Virus record (IMG/VR): IMGVR_UViG_3300017917_004266
Span: 28,990 to 92,989 of that record
DNA length: 64,000 nt
Direction: 5' to 3' (one strand)
Origin: a virus
Below, in pieces: positions 11,405 to 21,671 of the stretch; the first letter of the stretch is position 1, and every line of letters begins with the position of its first letter. Both the position numbers and the translations under genes were made by a program. Below the pieces are notes generated by a model. That model was not told the DNA's origin, did no database searches, and worked only from the letters and a program-made list of their open reading frames with translations.

Positions 11405-11458
11405 AGTGTAAATTATACTGGAATTTATATAATTCCAGAAAAAGGAAAAAGGTGAATT
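11405..11458 (+). promoter_or_regulatory. AGTGTAA motif plus AAGG-N3-AAGG leader
   Basis: AGTGTAA..AAGGAAAAAGGTGAATTATG. Confidence 0.6.
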
Positions 11459-12670
11459 ATGTCTACAGGTTATTTTGAGTTTAATGAAACTTATTGTCAT
11501 GATTTACCAACCTTAATTACTGGAATAACATATCAAATACCAACTGGTAAAGATGACAAAATCCTGATTGATATTAATAGTATTATTAGTGGATTTTATC
11601 GTAAGCTAGATAGTACAAGAAATCCAAATATAATAAATATTTCAAATTTACCTAATAATACTTATTATAATGCTCAAACAAAATATTTCCAAGGATATTT
11701 ACAAGATGATGGAGTTTATAGCTTGCATGTACATTTACTTGAATCTGGCGTTCTTTGCGATAAAGTAATCAAATTAAATTGTTATAATCCTAATAAAAAA
11801 TACATATATAAAGTAAACTATCCTAGCAATATAGGATTTATTAAATATAACCCTTTAGAAAGACTTGGAATAATTAATTTTCATGACTCAGATGCTAGAA
11901 AATATTTTTCTAAAACAAAAATATCTAATGTGGAAATTCAAGATAAAATAAGTGATTTTATTGGAGGACTAAAGAGTTTAAATATTTGGGATAAACTTGA
12001 AAATATTTGGATATTTAGATCAGAATATAATCTTGCTAGTGGAGCCAGTGGTTTTATTGATTTAAAAAATCCTAATTTTAGTGGATATATTTCTTCACCA
12101 ACTTATCAAGTAAATCATACATCAAGTGGTTATAAATTTGTTAATAATAATTCAAAATTTAATCTTTCTAGTAATATTAAATTTACTGGAGCAAATATAA
12201 GTATGTTTAGCGTTCTTGAAAGCAATAAAACTGCCGTACCTCATTTACCATATAGTACTTTATTAGCCCCAGAAAGTTATCAACAGAGTGGATTTAGATT
12301 TGGAATATTTAATACTTTAAATTATAGGAAATGGTTTACTTTATGGAATAGTGAGAGCATTCCGTCTAATGGTTTTGAAGTTAAAACAAATGCAGCAGGT
12401 CAAAGTTCAGAATATTCTTTCTTATCTGCTGGTATACAGAATAGCGGTACAGGATTTATACAAATTAATAGTGAATCACCAGATACATCAGCTAAATCAT
12501 ACAAAGAATATGGCTATGGAATTAATACATTTCCATATGTCGCTGGTGGTACAAATGTAATACCAAATCGTATAGTATTTTTTGCTATTTCAAAACAAAA
12601 TATCCTTAATAATCATTCTGGATTGATGAATTTAGTAAAAAACACAATTTGTGCTGATCTTAATTTATAG
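11459..12670 (+). CDS. Putative virion protein (Ig-like plus LamG/ConA-like region)
   Basis: SNLPNNTYYN..GVYSLHV resembles He_PIG-type Ig; FIGGLKSLNIWDKLENIWIF; preceded by AGTGTAA motif. Confidence 0.45.
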   Translation: MSTGYFEFNETYCHDLPTLITGITYQIPTGKDDKILIDINSIISGFYRKLDSTRNPNIINISNLPNNTYYNAQTKYFQGYLQDDGVYSLHVHLLESGVLCDKVIKLNCYNPNKKYIYKVNYPSNIGFIKYNPLERLGIINFHDSDARKYFSKTKISNVEIQDKISDFIGGLKSLNIWDKLENIWIFRSEYNLASGASGFIDLKNPNFSGYISSPTYQVNHTSSGYKFVNNNSKFNLSSNIKFTGANISMFSVLESNKTAVPHLPYSTLLAPESYQQSGFRFGIFNTLNYRKWFTLWNSESIPSNGFEVKTNAAGQSSEYSFLSAGIQNSGTGFIQINSESPDTSAKSYKEYGYGINTFPYVAGGTNVIPNRIVFFAISKQNILNNHSGLMNLVKNTICADLNL

Positions 12671-12697
12671 TGTAATTTATCAATAGGAATAAGGAAA
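12669..12697 (+). promoter_or_regulatory. AGTGTAA motif plus double AGG leader
   Basis: AGTGTAA..AGGAATAAGGAAAATG. Confidence 0.65.
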
Positions 12698-14074
12698 ATG
12701 GCAGATAAAAGTTATAATGTAAGTGTTGGGTATAAAAATATATCTAATATATATAATGATCTTGGATCTAGTTTGACTGGATTAAAAACAGTTAATGGAA
12801 ATTCTACATTTTATTTATTTAAATCATCACCAATTAATAAAATTGGTTATGTATTTGATCCAAATCAATTTCCAGCTTTTAGTTATGAATCAATAACCAT
12901 ATTTTATCAAGGTACAACTGGAGGAAATTCTAGTGGAATTATGATGGATAATAATACATGGATAAAAGATGATTTCTCAACAAATGTAGATAATTATCCA
13001 ATACCAGAAAATTCTCTTATATATCCTCAAATAGGTAATCCATCTACAATTAAAGTTGGAGATGGAGTAATAATAAAAGATCATCATTGTTACTATTTAA
13101 ATGAAATAGAAGCATCTGGTCTTTATTTTGAAAAAGGAAAAACATATCAATTTGTTCAAACAGGAATTTCAAACAGCGGCAATCCATTAAATATCTATGT
13201 TGATGAATATGGTAACAAAAAATTAGAAAAATATGTATCAATTAGTGGTACAGCTGGAGTTGACAGATACGTTACTGTTTCTATACCAAAATCTTATAAA
13301 GAAACAAATACTCTTTATTATGGAAATGAAAGTGGAGATTTTTTTGGCGCGCCAATTAAATTAATATCAACAGATTATTATTTAAAACATAATATAAAAC
13401 TTTTATGTTTTGGAGCAGTACATGATGGCGTTAAATATTATCTCCCAGATAGTATCTTAGATCAGAAATTTTTATTTACACAATCTTCATTAAATTATAC
13501 ATTATTAAAATCAGGAATTTATCCTATAGTTTCTAATCATGAAAATAATCAATATTCTACTTCTACATTATATAGAAGAAAAGACACGCTAGATATAAAC
13601 TTAGTTAAGTCTACGGGATATAACGGTACTATAATGGATAGAGACTTTGTTATAAATTATTTTGGCAATAAATTAAAATATACAAGAAATCCAATTGAAG
13701 CTTATGATTGGCCAGATCTTGGATGGTTATATTTTTTATTGGAGTATTTTACATTTGGTTGTTCTGGTCAATTAGATGCTTTTGAAATTGATCCAAAAAA
13801 ATACTATCAATATGGATATCAACTTTCTGGATGTGAACAATGTATTGAAAAAATTGTTTTAACTACTGGAGAGGGTAATATTTATAGCGGTAAAATAGAT
13901 ATTTATTATAATCCATTAAAATTAATTAATAATAGTTTTAGTAATCAATTTTTAAATGTAACAAGCGGTGATATAAGAACAGAAGATTTTATCTCCTTTG
14001 ATAATGTTCCAAATGTAAAATATACAAAAACTTTTTATCAAGATACTACTTATAGCATTCCAAGGAAAATATAA
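12698..14074 (+). CDS. Putative virion structural protein
   Basis: LYFEKGKTYQFVQTGISNSGNPL..TLYY segment resembles phage tail-associated beta domains; AGTGTAA upstream. Confidence 0.45.
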   Translation: MADKSYNVSVGYKNISNIYNDLGSSLTGLKTVNGNSTFYLFKSSPINKIGYVFDPNQFPAFSYESITIFYQGTTGGNSSGIMMDNNTWIKDDFSTNVDNYPIPENSLIYPQIGNPSTIKVGDGVIIKDHHCYYLNEIEASGLYFEKGKTYQFVQTGISNSGNPLNIYVDEYGNKKLEKYVSISGTAGVDRYVTVSIPKSYKETNTLYYGNESGDFFGAPIKLISTDYYLKHNIKLLCFGAVHDGVKYYLPDSILDQKFLFTQSSLNYTLLKSGIYPIVSNHENNQYSTSTLYRRKDTLDINLVKSTGYNGTIMDRDFVINYFGNKLKYTRNPIEAYDWPDLGWLYFLLEYFTFGCSGQLDAFEIDPKKYYQYGYQLSGCEQCIEKIVLTTGEGNIYSGKIDIYYNPLKLINNSFSNQFLNVTSGDIRTEDFISFDNVPNVKYTKTFYQDTTYSIPRKI

Positions 14075-14077
14075 TTT

Positions 14078-17000
14078 ATGTCTTCTTCTTTTATTAATTT
14101 GAAAGTAACTGGATGGGGATGGGAAGGATACAATATAGCAACAGGAGGGAATTTATTAACTGGAGTAATTGATATTAGCGCAGGTTATTACCATAATTTA
14201 GCTATTTTAAGTGGTGGAATAGTAACTGGTTGGGGACAAAGTCAAGGAGGAGAACTTGACTGTGTAGGTTTAACTGGAGTTAGTGGAATTAGCGCTGGTC
14301 TAGGATATAGTTTAATACTTTTTAATAATAAAACAATAACTGGATGTGGTAGAAATTCTTATGGAATAGCCACTGGAGGATCTGAATTAACTGGAGTTAA
14401 AAAAGTAATTGCAGGAAAATATAATAGTTTAGCACTTTTAGAAAATGGAATAGCAACAGGATGGGGATCTTTAACATGGGGAATTACAACTGGAGGAAAT
14501 GACTTAACTGGAATTAAAGATTTATACTTAAGCAAACCAGCGCCAAATACTGGACAACATTGGGTTATAGCATTATTAAATGATAATACAATAACTGGTT
14601 GGGGATTCAATGATGGCCATCAAAATATATATGGTGGAAATAACCTAACAGGAATAACTAACATAGCAATAGGATATGCTCATACAATTGCTCTTTTAGA
14701 AAATGGTACAATAACTGGTTGGGGATATGATTCTGGTGGAGGAGAGTCTATTGGCAATAGATCTAATATTAAGCAAATAGAAGCTGGATATCAAAGTAAT
14801 TTAGCTCTTTTAAATGATGGAACAGTTACTGGATGGGGAAATTCTGGATCAAATTATATAGATTGGAATGTAACTTCAGAATTAATTAATGTTCAAAAAA
14901 TTAGTTATGGTTACATACATGGTTTAGCATTATTACCACTATCTTCATCTTCATCTTCATCTTCATCTTCATCTTCATTTAATTTAAATAATATTTTTGA
15001 ATCTAATACTGGATTATTTTTATTTGATAATATTCAAATCCAAAATAAAAAGATAAGACCATCTTTTGATACTGGAGTTTATAATTATAAAACTGGACAA
15101 ATTAATATAAATAAATATATACAAAAATATATTAATCTTCCAGTATCTGGACTAAATTATAATAAACTTGCTGGATATAGGGTTTTAAATGATATATCTT
15201 TTATACCATTAAAAAATTATGTTGGTCATATTTATACTGGTTTATATTCTGGAAAAGAACCAGCAGAATATGAGACTGGTTTATATGGAATTCCAAAAGT
15301 AACAACAAATATAATATATGACAAAATAAATAGAATTGATTACCAAGCGTCAAAATATAAATATAATGTAAATGATAAATATAATCAACAGTTTTTACCA
15401 AAAACAGGCGAACCACATATTTTACTATTAGACTTAAATCTTTATGGATTTGAAGAAGATAAAATAGAAGATTGTGATATTGAAATGAACGCCGTAATTT
15501 TAAAAACAGGTTTCTTCAAAGATATACCTAAAAATCCTAGTATTTTAAACTTAAATATTATAGATAATATAAAACCAGTAGGTATTGTAGATCATATATA
15601 TCAATATATGGCTCAAAAAAGAGTATTACAAAATTTTGAAACAAATAATTTTATTAATTACGATAGTTCTTATTATAGTAATCAATCTTTAGAATTAAAC
15701 AATGAATATAAATATATAAAGAATGAAATTACAATAAACCCACCAATACTTTCTACTCAAAAAAATATTGGATTACCATGTTTATTTCAATATAAACCCA
15801 TAAATAATAATATAAAATATAATATTGGAAAATATAAATTTTTAGTTTATGATAAATCAAATAATTATCTACAAAGTGGCAATTATATAACTGGAACACA
15901 AACTGGATTTCTATACTTTTTAAGTCCAGGAACTTATATTACAATTATTTCTGGTAATGAAAGTGATTTTGTTTATTCAAATAATTCTCTAAATGAAAAG
16001 AATGAAAATATTAATTTACTTTCCATGGATGTAAATTTTGTAACTGGAGAAAAATTAAAAGAAATCTATATTGAAAATCAAGATAAAATTTGGGCAAGTT
16101 ACTTTCTTGGGTCAACAGAACTTATATCTGGTTCTGGATTTAATAGTTTAAATAGCGATTCTCCTGTAGCTTTTGCAATTGATTTTGAAAGAAATTTAAG
16201 CGGACAAGTAAATAGTCCATTTTTATTCTATAGAGAAATAACTGGTAATTATACAAATCTTTGCGCACCAAAAATTATCGTAATAACACCAAAAGCTCAA
16301 GCTTGTACTACTGCATTTTGTACAATTTGCCAAGATGCTGCTCAAAAATATAAAAAAGGAGAAACTTATATTGATGTTCCAAAAAAATATTTACCTTTAA
16401 CTATTTATGGTCAATATTTAAATTTTTATGAATCTCTAAGTGATTCTATCTATAGAGTTGCAATAGATGAAAATTTAACAAATTTATGTTGTTATTGTAA
16501 AGAAGTTGGATGTAGAGATTTATCTACTAAAATTAATATAAATTTAAATCTTCCTAAAGATGCAGTAAGTGGTGACGCAATATATTCTGGAGTATTTTTC
16601 TTAGATGATTCAAATCCATTGACTGTCCAAACAAAATATAATTACTATTATTATTCTGGACAAATTGCATTTAATAGTTTTTATGAAGGAGATAAAATAA
16701 TATTTAAACAATATCCTTTTGATTTTGATAGGGTATATAATACGTTATACGGAGAAAGACCTTATATTCCAGAATATAAAACAGAATTCATATATTCTAA
16801 TACAAGTGTAGGAAATAATTATTTTAGTGGTAAAACAGATTTAATTAATAAAATAAATCTAAAATTCGCATCATCAGGTTTATATTCTTGGAAACCATTA
16901 AAATATAATAAAACTCCACAATTTGAATATGGACCATTATTAACTGGAATAGACGCTGGAATTGATATAAGTGGAAATGATATTATTAATATAATTTCAT

Positions 17001-17572
17001 TAAGAAGTGGTAAATTTGGGAGTCATGATATAAAATTAGATTTACAACCAAGATTACAAATTTATAATTATCTTGTACCTAAAATAATAACATTACAAGT
17101 TTCTGACGATAATATAAATTGGACAGGAATAGTAACATCTCAAAATAGACAACCAGTTAATACATATCTTAAAAATCCAAATGCTATAGTTGGAGATATT
17201 TTATATGATCAAATAGAAAATACAAAATATACCGTCACAAAGAACATACCAATTTCATCTGAAATAGAAAATAAACAAGAAGAAGAAAAAGAAGAATCTT
17301 TAGAAGATTTATTAAATAGATTAAAAAGTGGAAATTTACAAATGTCTGGTCAAATTATTTGTTTGAAAGATCCAAATGGAAGTGGACAGGTTTGTGGAAC
17401 TGGTTTTATTGATTATCAATTACTTAATTTTTCTTGTAGACTTAGTGGTAGCGGAGAACAACCAGAAGAAACTGGCAAACCAAAACTTGAAACAGAGAAA
17501 AAAGAATTGGGATCATCATTAACAGAAGATATAGATAGATTTAGAATAGGATTTTATGATTATTTATCATAA
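14078..17572 (+). CDS. Large virion protein with N-terminal RCC1/BLIP-II-like propeller
   Basis: About 7 repeats of ISAGxxHxLAL..G.VTGWG, then a poly-Ser linker; ITLQVSDDNINW discoidin-like motif near C-terminus. Confidence 0.7.
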   Translation: MSSSFINLKVTGWGWEGYNIATGGNLLTGVIDISAGYYHNLAILSGGIVTGWGQSQGGELDCVGLTGVSGISAGLGYSLILFNNKTITGCGRNSYGIATGGSELTGVKKVIAGKYNSLALLENGIATGWGSLTWGITTGGNDLTGIKDLYLSKPAPNTGQHWVIALLNDNTITGWGFNDGHQNIYGGNNLTGITNIAIGYAHTIALLENGTITGWGYDSGGGESIGNRSNIKQIEAGYQSNLALLNDGTVTGWGNSGSNYIDWNVTSELINVQKISYGYIHGLALLPLSSSSSSSSSSSSFNLNNIFESNTGLFLFDNIQIQNKKIRPSFDTGVYNYKTGQININKYIQKYINLPVSGLNYNKLAGYRVLNDISFIPLKNYVGHIYTGLYSGKEPAEYETGLYGIPKVTTNIIYDKINRIDYQASKYKYNVNDKYNQQFLPKTGEPHILLLDLNLYGFEEDKIEDCDIEMNAVILKTGFFKDIPKNPSILNLNIIDNIKPVGIVDHIYQYMAQKRVLQNFETNNFINYDSSYYSNQSLELNNEYKYIKNEITINPPILSTQKNIGLPCLFQYKPINNNIKYNIGKYKFLVYDKSNNYLQSGNYITGTQTGFLYFLSPGTYITIISGNESDFVYSNNSLNEKNENINLLSMDVNFVTGEKLKEIYIENQDKIWASYFLGSTELISGSGFNSLNSDSPVAFAIDFERNLSGQVNSPFLFYREITGNYTNLCAPKIIVITPKAQACTTAFCTICQDAAQKYKKGETYIDVPKKYLPLTIYGQYLNFYESLSDSIYRVAIDENLTNLCCYCKEVGCRDLSTKININLNLPKDAVSGDAIYSGVFFLDDSNPLTVQTKYNYYYYSGQIAFNSFYEGDKIIFKQYPFDFDRVYNTLYGERPYIPEYKTEFIYSNTSVGNNYFSGKTDLINKINLKFASSGLYSWKPLKYNKTPQFEYGPLLTGIDAGIDISGNDIINIISLRSGKFGSHDIKLDLQPRLQIYNYLVPKIITLQVSDDNINWTGIVTSQNRQPVNTYLKNPNAIVGDILYDQIENTKYTVTKNIPISSEIENKQEEEKEESLEDLLNRLKSGNLQMSGQIICLKDPNGSGQVCGTGFIDYQLLNFSCRLSGSGEQPEETGKPKLETEKKELGSSLTEDIDRFRIGFYDYLS
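14942..14977 (+). repeat. (TCTTCA)6 tandem repeat encoding poly-Ser linker
   Basis: Six perfect TCTTCA units read directly. Confidence 0.9.
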
Positions 17573-17617
17573 TATAAAATATTTAAATTCTATATATAAA
17601 TATATATAATATATAAT

Positions 17618-19150
17618 ATGAGTGCAATAGTAGATGATATTTTATTTGTAAAAAATGACTCATTTGCTTCATATGTCAATCATTATCTTGAATATCAAGT
17701 AAAAAGTTTTGGTGATTTTATAGATTCAAATGCTTATTTAAGTCATCCTACACTTGGATTTACAAAAGATAATCGTATCACAGGATATATACCTCAAACT
17801 GGGTGGCATCCACAATATATATATTTTTATGATCGTGAAAGTAGAGCATCTGCAGCTAATATAATTATATACATATATCCTTCTCCAAGAGAAATAAAAT
17901 GCGAAGATTATTTTTTATCTAGCATACCATTAATATCTAATTGTGGAATAAATTCTCATTCAATTTCAGTTTTAATAGATAGTTTAACTTGTTATAAATG
18001 TGTATCAAATGATACAACAGATCAAACTTGTGAAATAAATGGTTATTTTAGTTTTCCTCCAGATTGTCCACCAAATTCGTTTTTATCTACGGTATATATA
18101 GGGGTTGGTAAACCATGTTATGAGTGTACTATTGGTTCTTCCTCGTCATCAGCATCATCATCGTCTTCATCTCCAGGTGTACCACCAGGAGGTGGTCCAG
18201 GAGCTGGCGCAGGTGGAGGACCAGGCCAAGATGATCCTGGATGGCCACCAGGAAGACCTCCAAGTAGTTCTTCATCTTCTTCGTCTTCATCTTCTTCCTC
18301 ATCTTCTAGTAGTTCTTCTTCCTCGTCGTCATCTTCTTCGAGTAGTTATTCTTCTTCGTCATCTTCTTGTATTGATTGTAGTAGTAGTAGTTCTTCTAGT
18401 AGCAGTGGACCTAGATATGGTGGTGGACCTGGTGGACCTAGTGGACCTGGTAAAAAAGGACCAGGATATGGTCCTAGACCTAGACCAAAGAAACCATGTG
18501 AATGTCCAGCTGGATACCAACAATCTCCTTGCCCAAATGATACTTGTGAAGATAGTGTATTTAATACAGGTAGTATAGTAGACTGTGAATCTGGAAGTAT
18601 TAGATGTGTAGTTTGTCGTCCAACTACTACACGCGCAGCAAGATGTGCAGCTTGTGATACTAGTGATCCACCTCGCTTTAATGCTTGTAAAAAACAAGAA
18701 GATCTACCAGGTTGTTCTTGGGGAAATTATTGTGAAGGAAGTTGGGCTGGCTGTACTGTATATCATGGTGGAGATCCAATTGAACCTCCATGTAAACGCT
18801 GGGTAGAAGATCCTTCTAAATGTCCAAAAGAATGTCCTCCTGCTCCAGAAGGGCCTTTACCACAATGTACAAAATGGGTATGTGAAAGTTATACATGTGA
18901 ATGTACTCGTTATGAAGGAGATAGCGCTTCAAATGTTGGAAAAAGAGTTGTAATGCGACCAGTACCTCCAGAAGAGTGTTCTTCTTCATCTTCTAGTGCG
19001 CCAAGTGCTGTAGTTAATCTATCTTTATTAAATAAATTATTAGATATTCAATTAGATGATAAAAATAATCAAAATTATTTAGATTTAAATAATTTAACTG
19101 ATGAAAAGATTCAAGAAGTAATTAATGAAATTAAAAATATTAATCAATAA
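17618..19150 (+). CDS. Cys-rich, poly-Ser, Gly/Pro-rich protein
   Basis: Ser run of over 30 residues, GGPG repeats, many Cys; locally elevated GC. Confidence 0.8.
   Translation: MSAIVDDILFVKNDSFASYVNHYLEYQVKSFGDFIDSNAYLSHPTLGFTKDNRITGYIPQTGWHPQYIYFYDRESRASAANIIIYIYPSPREIKCEDYFLSSIPLISNCGINSHSISVLIDSLTCYKCVSNDTTDQTCEINGYFSFPPDCPPNSFLSTVYIGVGKPCYECTIGSSSSSASSSSSSPGVPPGGGPGAGAGGGPGQDDPGWPPGRPPSSSSSSSSSSSSSSSSSSSSSSSSSSSSYSSSSSSCIDCSSSSSSSSSGPRYGGGPGGPSGPGKKGPGYGPRPRPKKPCECPAGYQQSPCPNDTCEDSVFNTGSIVDCESGSIRCVVCRPTTTRAARCAACDTSDPPRFNACKKQEDLPGCSWGNYCEGSWAGCTVYHGGDPIEPPCKRWVEDPSKCPKECPPAPEGPLPQCTKWVCESYTCECTRYEGDSASNVGKRVVMRPVPPEECSSSSSSAPSAVVNLSLLNKLLDIQLDDKNNQNYLDLNNLTDEKIQEVINEIKNINQ
18136..18490 (+). 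repeat. Low-complexity poly-Ser and GGP/GP coding repeats
   Basis: Mixed TCT/TCA/TCG/AGT runs and repeated GGTGGACCT units. Confidence 0.85.
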
Positions 19151-19980
19151 TGGAATATTCTCATACTTTTTTACCAATATCAAATAATCAAAAATATTTA
19201 ATACCTCAAGTTTTATCTTTTCTTTGTTTAAAAAAACAAAAATTAAAAATTAATCTCTATTCTACAAATGAACATATAAATATATGTAAAAAAATAGGAT
19301 TAAATTATGATAATTTTTATGAAATAAAAAATAATGAATTTTATGATTATTATTGGAGTTATTCTAAAATGGAAGTTTTAAAAAATAAAAAGAATCAAAT
19401 AATTATAGATCTTGATACATTTCTGTTAAAAGATATATCTAAAAATACTGATCACGCAGATTTAATTTTTCAAGACATAGAAATACTAAATGATTGTCCT
19501 TGGTATTTAGATCTAATTAATATTTTTAAAGAAAGTGTCCCATCTAAAGTTATACCTGAGTGGGATTTTTTAATAAAAAAATTTTATTCAAAAAATAAAT
19601 TAAAAATTAATTTAGGAGATGAATGCGCTTATAATTGCGCGATCTTAAGTTTTAAAAATCCAATTATAGGAGAAGATTACGCAAATAAATCTATATTAAT
19701 ATATCATTTTTTAAGAAAAAAATATGATATAGAATATTTAAAAAATATAAAATCTTTCCATTGTTTACCTATAATTCCAGAACAATTATTTCTTAAATTT
19801 TATGCAGAGTATCATAATCTAAATTGTATTAATACTATTAATAATATAAAAACCAAAAATAATTTCTATTGTCATCTTGGCGTATATAAAAATGATAAAA
19901 ATACTAAAGATATAATATTAAAAAATATCAAAAATATAGATGAAAATATATATGAAAATTTAATTAAATATATAGTGTAA
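19150..19980 (+). CDS. Putative GT-A fold glycosyltransferase (DUF6734-like)
   Basis: WSYSKMEVL..IIDLDTFL (DxD), YNCAIL, IPEQLFL, YCHLG; start overlaps upstream stop (TAATG). Confidence 0.55.
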   Translation: MEYSHTFLPISNNQKYLIPQVLSFLCLKKQKLKINLYSTNEHINICKKIGLNYDNFYEIKNNEFYDYYWSYSKMEVLKNKKNQIIIDLDTFLLKDISKNTDHADLIFQDIEILNDCPWYLDLINIFKESVPSKVIPEWDFLIKKFYSKNKLKINLGDECAYNCAILSFKNPIIGEDYANKSILIYHFLRKKYDIEYLKNIKSFHCLPIIPEQLFLKFYAEYHNLNCINTINNIKTKNNFYCHLGVYKNDKNTKDIILKNIKNIDENIYENLIKYIV

Positions 19981-20003
19981 TACTATTAAAGGTATAAGGC
20001 AAA
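19974..20003 (+). promoter_or_regulatory. AGTGTAA motif plus AAGG-N3-AAGG leader
   Basis: AGTGTAA..AAGGTATAAGGCAAAATG. Confidence 0.65.
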
Positions 20004-21671
20004 ATGGCTAAATATGCAAGAATATTCATGACTGGATTTAGAAGTGCTCCTGTTGATCCAGAAGTATTAAAAACTTTAGCTAATAGAAATATTTCTTATA
20101 AATCTTTTCCATTGAATAAAATAAAAATTCGTAATATTAGTTTATTTTCTAAATATGATATTAATTTAAATGATCAGAATATAATTCTATCTGGTATAGG
20201 TTCAATATATGATTCTACATATTCTGGAGATTTATATGCAAAAATAACTGGTATCGGAGAATTTGTAGACACAGTAACAACAAATATTTCTGGACTTGGA
20301 ATAGCCGAAGGTTATCATACAGGAATATTTAGCGGAGATCAAACTTTTTATGATAGAAAAAATAGACAAGTTTATCCAGTTAATGAAAATATAAACATTG
20401 AATCATCTCCTAATGTAAAGTATATCATTTCTGGATCTGGTTTAATTACTGGAAATAATTTAAATCCTGCTGATTTTACGTTAGTAGATTATACTGGATT
20501 TATAAATTCTCCAATTATTTACAGATCTAAAACTTATACTGGAGTATATAGTGGAACAGTTACATTAAGAGATAATTTTTATGATCCATCAACATTTGTT
20601 GTTTCATTTTTTAAAAATTATGATTATTTATTTACAGGAAGTAGTGGATGGTTTACATATTTTAATACAGTAAATAATACATCTACATCTATTAATGAAC
20701 AGCCAGGAATATATGTATTAAATAAAATTATGAATAATGGAACTGGTTTTACAATTTCAACTCAAAAAATTATTGCTAGTGGAAATATACCTAATGTTAA
20801 GCTTGGAAGAAAAAATTTAACTGGGTATGGAATACTAACTGGAAAATTAACTGGAAAAGTGCTAGAAATAGATAGCGGAGTATATGTATTTAATCAAATC
20901 ATAACTGGTAATGTTTTATCTGCAAAACAAGGAATAGCCACAGGATTTATTAATTCATTTAATTATTTAAATTTTAATAGTCCAGAAGAGTTTGATTTTA
21001 TAAATATAAATGATCCAAATAAAGACATAATAACTAGATTTACTTATGCAACTGGATCTTTATTTAATCCTCCATTATATTTTGATTCATTGAATACTTT
21101 AAATAATATTATCAATTCTGGTACTGGATCATATGGAATAACATCTGAGATATTAGGAGGAAAATTAAAAATAACCTCATCTACTTCTGGACAAAGTGGC
21201 AATTCAATATCAGTTACATCATTTGGAAGTGCAACTGCTCCATATTTTGATGTTCCTAACTTTTTACAAAGTGGAGTTACTTATTATGAACCATTAACTC
21301 CAACTGGTATATTTAGCGGTAATGTATATTCTATAGTATTTGCAACGGGTCTTTTCACAACTGGATATTCTGATTTTGTTACTGGAAACTTAACTGGAAT
21401 TTTAGGTTTGAAAAGATTTGAGGACGTATGGAATCTTTATGTATCAGATAATAATATATCTTATCTTTTTGTAAATACATTTACTGGTTTTACTTCTTCT
21501 ACTGGAGTTAAATATACAACTAATTTTATTGATGATCCTACTATCAATTTATATAATATTAAAGTTCAATATATAAATCCAAATGATGCTTTATTTGATG
21601 ATTCTGCAGAATTAAAAATAAAATTAAATAATAGTGGATCTGTTAACATAATATTAACTGGAGCACAATAA
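20004..21671 (+). CDS. Thr-Gly/Ser-Gly-rich putative virion protein
   Basis: 555 aa with many xTG/xSG motifs; AGTGTAA plus double AAGG leader. Confidence 0.5.
   Translation: MAKYARIFMTGFRSAPVDPEVLKTLANRNISYKSFPLNKIKIRNISLFSKYDINLNDQNIILSGIGSIYDSTYSGDLYAKITGIGEFVDTVTTNISGLGIAEGYHTGIFSGDQTFYDRKNRQVYPVNENINIESSPNVKYIISGSGLITGNNLNPADFTLVDYTGFINSPIIYRSKTYTGVYSGTVTLRDNFYDPSTFVVSFFKNYDYLFTGSSGWFTYFNTVNNTSTSINEQPGIYVLNKIMNNGTGFTISTQKIIASGNIPNVKLGRKNLTGYGILTGKLTGKVLEIDSGVYVFNQIITGNVLSAKQGIATGFINSFNYLNFNSPEEFDFININDPNKDIITRFTYATGSLFNPPLYFDSLNTLNNIINSGTGSYGITSEILGGKLKITSSTSGQSGNSISVTSFGSATAPYFDVPNFLQSGVTYYEPLTPTGIFSGNVYSIVFATGLFTTGYSDFVTGNLTGILGLKRFEDVWNLYVSDNNISYLFVNTFTGFTSSTGVKYTTNFIDDPTINLYNIKVQYINPNDALFDDSAELKIKLNNSGSVNIILTGAQ

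Noticed and set aside
18105-18697. Alternative-frame ORFs 18105..18578 (+) and 18359..18697 (-)
   Set aside because: Shadows of low-complexity, GC-richer Ser/Gly/Pro codons in 17618..19150
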